Assembly: GCA_038087875.1 (NCBI GenBank)
Contig: CM075987.1
Location: forward strand, 16,308,001-16,372,000
DNA length: 64,000 nucleotides
Reading direction: 5' to 3'
Source: Malacoraja senta
Taxonomy: Eukaryota
Part shown: positions 55,238-64,000 of the stretch, one piece after another
How the letters are laid out: each line of letters opens with the position of its first letter
Position numbering within the stretch: position 1 is the first letter of the stretch
The notes under the pieces: model-generated
Seen by the model: only the letters and a program-made list of their open reading frames with translations
Told to the model about the DNA's origin: nothing
The model's database searches: none
Made by a program: the position numbers and the translations under genes

Positions 55238-55462
55238 AGGGCACTGTCCGACTTTCACGACCTAATTCACGACCTCTGCCGAGTTTGCCCTTGACATACT
55301 CGCAGCATGGTCATCACCAGGTCGTATGAGGTCATAGGTAGGTCGTAGCAGGCCGTAGGTTCTCGTGGCATCAAGTAGGTCGGGGCGTTTTTTCAACATG
55401 ATGAAAAATGTCCTTGAGTAAAAAAGGTCGTGAGTTAGGTCGTGAAAGTGGGACAGGGCCCT
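55238..55462. mobile_element. PIF/Harbinger-like MITE with TTA TSD
   Basis: TIRs agggcactgtccgactttcacgacctaattcacgacct and aggtcgtgagttaggtcgtgaaagtgggacagggccct; TTA on both sides (55235-55237, 55463-55465). Confidence 0.88.
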
Positions 55463-56300
55463 TTACAATGTGCGGCCAGGTCTTGCTGAGTAAGCTAATC
55501 AAATATGCATGGCTCAGCCATAAGCAATTAGAAGAGAATTAAGGGTAAAAGAGTTTGAAGGGAAAAAAATTGTTGCATTTGATTCCATTAAATTATTGAA
55601 AGGAATTAATTTTTTTCCAGTTATGAGCAAGTTGTGGCCTTGCAAGCCCTTCCCTCCAGCCAGAGAGTAGAAAGGGCAAGAGTCTTAACTGACATCTCAC
55701 AGCAGCTACTTGAATTCCTGATTATTAGCTGCAAGGAGAGGTTGGACAAATTTGGATTCTTTTCTCTGGAACATCTAGAACTGACAGAAGAATACAAAGT
55801 TATGAGAGGTGTAGATAGGGTAGACAGTCAGAACCTTTTTTTGCAGGGTGGAAATGTCAAAGACTCAAGGACATAGCTTTAAGGTGAGAGGGCCAACGTT
55901 TAAAAGAGATGTGCTGGGAAAGTTTTATTTGACACAGAAGTTGGTGGAATGCCTGGAGTGTGCTGCCTGGGGTGGTGGTGGTAGAGACAGGACAATGGGG
56001 TTGAGAGGGACAAATAGATCAGCAATAATTGAATGACGGAGCAGACTCGATGGGCCAAATGACCTAGTTCTGCACCTATGTCTTATTGACACAATATTGG
56101 CATTGAAGAGGCTTTTACATAAGCACATGGATATGCAGGGAATGGAGGGATATGGATCACATGCAGGCAGAGGAGACTGGGCATTATGTTTGCCACAGAC
56201 ACTGTGGACCAGGGGCCTTTCCTGTGCTGCACTGTTCTATGTTCTATGAATGTGGGCGAGTACTCTCAGCACTGAGCTCAAACACACTTGGATGAGGGCT

Positions 56301-56652
56301 AACAAAAATGCTGGAGAAACTCAGCGGGTGCGGCAGCATCTATGGAGCGAAGGAAATAGGTGACCTTTAGGTTTGAGACCCTTCTTCAGACTGATGTGGG
56401 GGTAGGGGGGACGGGAAGAAGAAAGGAAGAGGCAGAGGCAGTCGGCTTGTGGGAGAGCTGGGAAGGGAGGGGAAAGAGGGAGAAAGCAAGGACTACCTGA
56501 AATTGGAGGAAGTCAATGTTCGTACCGCTGGGGTGTAAACTACCCAACAAAATATGAGGTGCTGCTCCTCCGATTTGCGGTGGGACTCACTCTAGCCATT
56601 GAGGTGGCCCAGGACAGAAAGGTCAGATTCTGAATGGGAGGGGGAGTTGAAG
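56301..56652 (-). mobile_element. Penelope-like 3' fragment, same subfamily as 30085-30762
   Basis: Close match to 30090-30450. Confidence 0.85.
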
Positions 56653-58911
56653 TTTAGATTGTGACTAGAATCCTCAAAACCAACCAAAGGGGTAACCGCC
56701 ACTGTACCGTGGCTTTCTTTGAGGAAAATGTCACAATCTATCAAGGTTTATGAATTTATTGTTGACGTCGGGCTTTTGACATTCCATGAGGGATGAAGAT
56801 TTTAATAAGAATTTAAAGTTATATGATGAAAAAATCCTATTACATGGGATAGGATAAGTTTGGAGGGATATGGACCAAGCGCAGGCAGGTGGGACTAGTG
56901 TAGCTGGGTCATGTTGGGCGGTGTGGGCAAGTTGGGCCGTTGGGCCTGTTTTCCACATTGTATCACTCTATGACTCTCTATGATTCTACTAGGATCCAGT
57001 CCCAAGTCATCAGAATCCACAGGAATCATTGTTCAGAAGCCCCATGGCACAAAGTGGCAAAGACAACAGGGAGAAGAGTTAATCTGGATCTCTTGTTGAT
57101 CCTTTTGTATTTATGACTCCAGATTTGAATTTCTTCATAGTGAAGATATCCTCCCTGAATGTATTGAACCTCTTCACCATTTTGAAGATTTATAAACATA
57201 CAGCATGGAAACAGGCCCTTTAGCTCAACTGTCTGTGTTAACCAAGATATCCCATCTAAGTTGGTCCCATTTACCAACCTTCAGCCATAACCCTCTGAAC
57301 CTTCCCATCCATGTACCTGTCCAAATGTCTTTTGAATGTTGTTATTGTACCTGCCTCAACTACTTCTTCGGACAGCTCGTTCCATATACCCGCCACACAT
57401 AGTGTGAAAAAGTTGCCCCTCCAGTTCTTATTCATTCTTTCCTCTTTCACATTAAACCCAAATCATCCGATTTTGGATTTCCCTACCATTGGGAAAAGAC
57501 TGCATTCACCCTATCTATTCCCCTCAGGATTTATACACCATTGTGAGATCACCCCTCATCCCCCTGTGCTCCAAAGGAATACAACCCTAGCCTGCCCAAC
57601 CTCTTCCAATGGGGCCTCCAGTCCTGGCAACATCCGCCTAAAGAAGTCTTCTTTCAAAAGAATGAGCCCCGACCTAATCTATTATGTAAAAATCACAAAG
57701 CTGTAATAATCTGGTTCAAAACAGAACTCATAAAGGGCCTTTGAGCTGAAATGTTAATTCTGTTCACCATTCTCAGATGCTACCTGACCTGGTAGAATGT
57801 TCTGAAGATAGACAAAAAGCTGGAGTAACTCAGCAGGTTAGACAGCATCATCTGGAGAAAAGGAATGGGTGATGTTTCGGGTCAAGACCCTTCCTCTAAT
57901 TTTCAGCTTCTATGTTGTTATGGTTGCTACCCTCCCAATAGAACCAAACATTCTGCACAGTGTCTTTCTAGGCCAAAGTTCCCCCACTTGGTCTGGCAAG
58001 GATAGGCTTGCTCGAGTCCCACTGTCTGAAGCATCCCAGCCACCAAACGTGAAGCAAAATTCTTAGGGTCCCAGGAAACATATTTCCTCCTTTTTTATGA
58101 AGCATGATTGGGCATTAGAAAATGAAATTGGGCATTAGATTGGGCATCAGATTGGCCATTAGAAAATTGGGCATTAAAAGTGGGGCCTTCAGCAACTTGG
58201 CGAAATGTCAATAACTTTCCATTAGTCAAGGACATTAGATATCAATTGACAGCACAGGGGCTAGGCTGGTAGAGCAGCTGCCTCACAGAACCAGGCACCC
58301 AGGTTCAATCCTGACCTTGGGTGCTGTCTGTGTGGAGCTTGCACGTTCTTCCTGTGACCACATGGGGTTCCTCCGGGTGCTTCGGTTTCCTCCCCACATC
58401 CCAAAGATGTGTGGATTTGTAGGTAATTGGCCTCTGTATATTCCCCCCAGTGTGTAGGGAGTGGATACAAAAGTGGGATAACATGGAACTTGTGCGACAA
58501 AAAGGCCTGTTTCCATGCTGTATCTCCAAACTAATCCTCCCAAAAAGTACGCAAGTCCACACTATCATTGTCTTCACAGTCCCTGTTAGTTCCAATAAAT
58601 TGGTACAAAAATGTGACCTGACATCAGAGGAATCAGTGGTAATGAACTGGGAAAACTACACACTTCATGAACAGTGAATGTCTGGAGATGACATCTCATG
58701 TTGCGTCCACTTACTACAGGTTACACCCCTATCCAAAGACAATCCAGGTTCTAATGTTGTTCTCCTGAGCAGCAAACTGAACGTGGAAACTCGTGCTGTA
58801 CAAATATCTTAGTCAGCAATGCCTTAGAATAAAAAAGGCACTGGTTTAAATTTTGAGTTAAACAAATTATGTAGCAAAGGCAGGGTTCAAAGAACGGGTG
58901 TGACCTTTTAC

Positions 58912-59050
58912 CTTTTCAGTACACTTTCTGATGGTGCCAGTGAGTTCGCCCACCACCATATCTACGCACTTCAAACTTGGTTCCTTCAGCTTTTGGATCT
59001 GCTTTTTCACTATAGCCTCAAATGCAAGGTCAGGGGTGAAGAGCCCAGTT
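58912..59050 (-). CDS. dnm1: Dynamin-1 exon 10 (one of the mutually exclusive pair; stalk/middle domain), 139 bp
   Basis: Minus strand reads atgcag|A ACT GGG CTC...GAA AAG|gtaaaa and encodes (R)[46 protein letters not shown]. This is closest to the DNM1 '[40 protein letters not shown]' variant as I recall it. Confidence 0.96.
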
Positions 59051-60537
59051 CTGCATTGCATCATGGGAGGAAAATGACGACAAGGAGATGGGGAGGGGGG
59101 TGGGGGGGGGGGGTGGGGGGGGAGGGGCGAGGGAGAAGGTGGGGAGTAGCAGGGTGAGGGGGTGAAAACATGGGAAGGGACATAAAGCAAAAGGAAGAGT
59201 AAGACCTTGGTTACCTTTAAGGCTTTCAAACTGGGGGGTGAGGATGGGGTGGTGTGGGAAAAGAAGGAGGGGGGGAGTTGGAGGAGAGAGAGCGCAGGTT
59301 CCAGCTGACAAACAAGTATTTTCTATACTGAGTATTGAACAGATGAAATAATTGGGATCCCCAAATGGTCAATGGAGAGCAAGACAGTTCCAGGTGCTAA
59401 GTTAGAAGCCACGGAAAGGGCCCTCGGCTCCACTGGGTCATGCCGAACAACGCAAGGTGTCTTTCTCAAAGCTGTGTGAACTGTTTGCTTTGGATTTTGA
59501 AAGGTGAGTAAAGTCCGTTTGAGAACCAGTTAGTGGATTTTTGCTGCAAAAAAAAATGGCAGAGTCCCAGGTTTGTGATCAAATCCCCATCCCTTGACAA
59601 CTTCAAAAACCTGTCCCACCTTGGTCATTCCTTCTTCTCCCTGCTCCCGTCCAGCAGAAGATACCGATAATTGAAAGCACTCACCACCAGGCTCAGGAAC
59701 AGCTACTTCCCCTCTGTTATCAGCCTTTTATAAGCTAGTGTTCACTTCTACCTCACTGTAAACACTGGACTGTGTCTCTGGAACTGGTGCGCTCCAATCC
59801 TGTACTCGTATTTGTCCCTTTGCTCTATCTATTGCACTTAAATTTGACTTGATTGTCTTTATGCATGCTATATCACATCTGTTTGGATAACATGCAAAAC
59901 ATTGCTTTTCACTGTAAATGTGACAATAATAAACCTAAATTGATTAGATTAGTTCTGAGCCCTCGATAGTGAGTAATTCCTAGTCAGTTCCACAGAAGGG
60001 TCAATGGGTGGTGAAGCTGTTCCCGGTGTTCATAGTCTTCTTAGCTTGCTCTCTTTCTTCTAACATTACAAAGGCAGCTTTCCCTAGATGAGGTGAACAG
60101 TGATTCTCCCACCTGCAGTGTGGTATTGGCAGGTCGGCAAGACTACACTAACATAACTCGAATCAATAGCACCTAAATGTCAAATTCTGTCAAATCTCCA
60201 TTTTGGAATTTGTATCCGAAACCTCACTCTAAGCTGACTCCTGGAATGAAGGTGCTGTCCCTAGATTGAGCAGGTTAGGCCGACGTTTATTAGAGTTTAG
60301 AAATTTGACCAGGTGGACGTAGAGAGGATTTCTCACCTCTTGGGGCTATCTGGAACCAGGAGGGCTGGTTTCAGTCTAAAGGGATCGCCTATTTAAGGAG
60401 ATGAAGAAGAGCTTTTCTCTCGGGGGGGGGATGACTGTGCAATTCTCTACCCCAGACTGCAGGAAAGATAGAGTTAGTTAATATATCCATTATTTGGTCT
60501 AGGGGAGAGTGAAGGATTATAGGGGTTAAAGAAAAAA

Positions 60538-61462
60538 ACACACAAAGTGCTGGAGTAACTCAGCAGGTCAGGCAGCATCTGTGGAGGACATGGATAGGCA
60601 GTGTCTGAGGAGGACATGGATAGGTAGTGTCTGTGGAGGACATGGATAGGCAGCGTCTGTGGAGGACATGGATAGGCAGCGTCTGTGGAGGACATGGATA
60701 GGCAGTGTCTGTGGAGGACATGGATAGGCAGCGTCTGTGGAGGACATGGATAGGCAGCATCTGTGGAGGACATGGATAGGCAGTGTCTGTGGAGGACATG
60801 GATAGGCAGCATCTGTGGAGGACATGGATAGGCAGTGTCTGTGGAGGACATGGATAGGCAGCGTCTGTGGAGGATATGGATAGGCAGCGTCTGTGGAGGA
60901 CATGGATAGGCAGCGTCTGTGGAGGACATGGATAGGCAGCGTCTGTGGAGGACATGGATAGGCAGCATCTGTGGAGGACATAGATAGGCAGCGTCTGTGG
61001 AGGATATGGATAGGCAGCGTCTGTGGAGGATATGGATAGGCAGCGTCTGTGGAGGACATGGATAGGCAGCATTTCGGGTTGGGACCCTTCTTCAAATTAA
61101 CTGTAGATGGGGACAAGGCCCGGCAAGTGATAAGTGGATACAGGTGGGGGGGGGGGGGGGGGTGGGGGGGGTGATTGGCAGGCGTATGGACAAAGGACAA
61201 GAATGAAATGAACACAAAAGGCTGTGAGATAAGGGGAGAAGTAGCATGAAATGTGAAGCCAGAGGAAGGGATATTGGTGGGAGAGGGAGCGAGATAGGAA
61301 AAGGAGGTGGGTTTGTGGGAGAAATTGGTGCGCATCAGGGTGGGGCGCAGAGGAGAGAGGGGGAAAAGGGGAAGAGGGGGGTTCAAGTTGTTACCTAAAA
61401 GTGGAGAATTCAATGTTCATACTGTTGGGTTGTAAGCTACCCAAGCACAATATGAGGTGTTG
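60538..61462 (-). mobile_element. Penelope-like 3' fragment containing an internal 26-bp tandem amplification
   Basis: Pseudo-LTR start cacaaagtgctggagtaactcagcagg, then the array, then tttcgggttgggacccttcttca and the GIY-YIG tail gttacctaaaagtggagaattcaatgttcatac. Confidence 0.8.
60571..61071. repeat. Minisatellite, 26-bp unit GGCAGCGTCTGTGGAGGACATGGATA, about 19 copies
   Basis: Direct tandem repeats; the unit is a segment of the Penelope pseudo-LTR. Confidence 0.95.
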
Positions 61463-61502
61463 ATTATATGAGTCACACAAATGGGTGACGCCTATAATCA
61501 AC

Positions 61503-61812
61503 GGTCACGGTGGCGCAGCGGTAGAGTTGCTGCCTTACAGCGAATGCAGCGCTGGAGACCCGGGTTCGATCCCAACTACGGGTGCTGTCTTTACGGAGAT
61601 TTTATGTTCACCCCGTGACCTGCATGGGTTTTCTCCGAGATCTTCGGTTTCCGCCCACACTCCAAAGACGTACAGGTCTGTAGGTTAATTGGCTTGGTAA
61701 ATGTAAAAAATTGTCCCTAGTGGGTGTAGGATGATGTGTGGGGATCGTTGGTCATCACGGACCCAGTGGGCCGAAGGGCCTGTTTCTGCTCTGTATTTCT
61801 AAACTAATCTAA
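61503..61812 (+). mobile_element. tRNA-derived V-SINE (HE1-like), near full length
   Basis: A box ggtggcgcagcgg, B box gggttcgatccc, central gtaggttaattggc domain, LINE-like tail gggccgaagggcctgttt...taaactaa. Confidence 0.85.
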
Positions 61813-64000
61813 GTGGAGCCGAGACCAAAATCAGATCAACTATAATGTTACTGATTCGGTGTAGCAGAAGATATGGGCAAGTCTGGCTCCTATTTCTTCT
61901 TTTTACATGATCGTCTTAAAACTCATCTTGGACCAGGCTTTTGCTCATCTGACCCTAACTTCAGCTTTCGCACAGTCCTGCATCAGATCTTGATTAGCAA
62001 TGGTTCTGCAAAGCTTTGTGGAATGGTAAACCATGTCAAAGGTGCTAGATAAATACATATTGTTGCTGAATATTCTCTAGCAAGAGAAGCAGTCTCTTTG
62101 TATCTACAACAAGCAGAGTGCTGGAGGAACTCAGTGGGTCAGGCAGCCTCAGTGGAGGGAATGGGCAAGTTTCGAGTCAGGACCTTTCTTCTAAAGATGC
62201 TGCCTGACCCGCTGAGTTCCTCCAGCACTCTGCGCTTTGCTCAAGATTCCAGCATCTGCAGTTCCTTGTGTCTCCAGTATCTACAATTATATTGGATCTT
62301 ATTCATATTCGTTGTTCATCAAGACTCCTAAATTACACACGTCGCTACCTCTCAACTTTCCCCTTTAGCAAACATCAAAGCTGATATTTTAGAAGACGGA
62401 AAGATAATCTCAGCAAAACATCCACAATTATTGCAGACCAAGGAAGGATAGACGCTGACAGACTTTTCCATGGCTGGAGAGATATGTGGAAGACTGGAAG
62501 ACTGACGTGACACAGTGGCACAGCTAATAGAATTGTTGCCTCACAGTGCCAGAGACCTGGCTTCAATCCTGATCTCAGGCGCAGTTTGTGTGGAGTTTGC
62601 ATGTTCTCCCTGTGCCTGCATGGGTTTCCTCCCACATCCCTTCTTTAGTCAGAGGGTGGTGAATCTGTGGAATTCTTTGCCACACAGAAGACTGTGGAGG
62701 CAAAGTCAGTGGATAAAGGCAGAGATAAGTAGATTCTAGATTAGTACGGGTGTCAGAGGTTATCAGGAGAAGGCTGGAGAATGGGGTTAGGAGGGAGAGA
62801 TGGATGAGCCATGATTGAATGGCAGAGTAGACTTGATGGGCCGAATGGCCTAATTCTGCTCCTATCACTCATGATCTTATGACCCCAAAGATAAGCAAAT
62901 TAATAGGTTAATTGACCACCATATATTATCCCAGTATCGCACCAGAAAAGGTCATGTGGTAGAATCTGGGGTAGCTGATGAGAATAAAAAATGGAATTAG
63001 TGTAATGTGAATGGATCATTGATGGTCAGCACAGACTTACTGAGTTAAAGGGCCTGTTTCCGTGCTGTAAAAACTCCAAAAACTCACTTGTGTGAGGTTG
63101 CATAATCTCAATGAACAGTGAAATTAGTAAGGGGTTGTGGTCCATCCTTGCTCTTCTGGTTCGGAAACCATTCATTCATTCATGCATCATCGTTGAAAAC
63201 ATCAGCGACGCAGTGGTGCTGGTTTCCGACGGGAACGGTGACGGACGCATCGCACACCTGGTGGCTGGCTAATGTAAACCAGCACCACTGCGTTGCTAAA
63301 TCAAAGCTTCCAAAATACTGGCTTCTCATTTAACCTGAACAACCTTACCTTCTTCCCTACTCTGATGTAGCCCTACCCAAGGAACACGGGAGCTTCACCA
63401 AGTAAAGATGCCACACATGTCTCCTTATTCACTTGGCGTCAATGATGTTCTTGTGTTTGAGGAAACAACTCGTATAAGAAGTTCTCCCGGAATTACTCAA
63501 AGCGTTCAAAGGAAAGGTGGTGCTCAGAATGACAAAGGGTTTCAACAGAGGACAAGGGGGAGCACAAATAGATTGTTATGAGAAAAAAAACCACAGCAAC
63601 GATGAGGAAGAGGCTTTAAACATAAAAATGCAAGGCAGATGTGCTGGGGTAGGGATGGGGCGAAAGCAGATCGAATATCAACTCTCAAAAGGCTATGGGA
63701 ACGAAGGAAGTTTCGGTGTTGGGGGAATGGGAATGCCTTTGGGGTGGGACAAAGCAAAGAAGTGCTGGGGGAACTCAGCGGGTCTGGCAGCGTCTGTAGA
63801 AGGGATGAACAGAAGATGTTTTGGCTCAACTGATTGGCGTAGGAGGGGGGGGGATGAAGCTGATAAAGAGATATTGGGGGCTGGACAAAGCCTGGCAAGT
63901 GATAGGTGGATACAGGTGAAGAGCGTGTTGTTCGATTTCTTTCGTTCCACTCAAAAAAATGAAGAAGGTGATTATCAACTTGTCCTGGTGTCAGACTCCA

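Noticed and set aside
60474..61413. Repetitive ORFs and a CRISPR-like periodic pattern
   Set aside because: Head-to-tail 26-bp units with no unique spacers, derived from a Penelope pseudo-LTR, in a vertebrate genome with no cas genes.
61503..61580. tRNA-like sequence with A and B boxes
   Set aside because: It is the head of a SINE that continues into the V-domain and tail; not a tRNA gene.
63340..63400. Strong minus-strand donor AAG|GTAAGG as a possible end of the partner exon 10
   Set aside because: The upstream sequence does not encode a KCVDMV/RQCTKK-like peptide.

Overview
Vertebrate genomic DNA; the repeat content (HE1/V-SINE-like SINEs, CR1/HER1-like LINEs, Penelope-like elements, Harbinger-type MITEs) suggests a cartilaginous fish, probably a skate or ray. 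The whole window lies inside one minus-strand gene, dynamin-1 (dnm1). I traced eight in-frame GT-AG exons covering the stalk and PH domain: 58912-59050 (one of the mutually exclusive exon-10 pair), 49759-49845, 48011-48081, 45735-45786, a 12-nt microexon at 42508-42519 (DEIM), 35781-35894, 7759-7868 and 4117-4228. The ~28 kb intron inside the PH-domain coding region carries a miR-199 hairpin on the opposite (+) strand, in a ~3 kb repeat-free island with promoter-like motifs and poly(A) signals. The rest is largely transposon debris, minisatellites, a 2.6 kb (CA)-rich array and a 200-N gap. Most notable observations: a family of Penelope-derived minimal hammerhead-ribozyme motifs (one intact, in a young insertion with a 16-bp TSD), fold-back Penelope derivatives, a possible decayed miR-214 remnant downstream of miR-199, long AG-exclusion zones at the two regulated exons, a poly(A) retro-insertion with a perfect 69-bp TSD, and a repeated CR1-Penelope chimeric unit. 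Repeat boundaries were placed by eye and are approximate; exon, miRNA and TSD coordinates were counted base by base.
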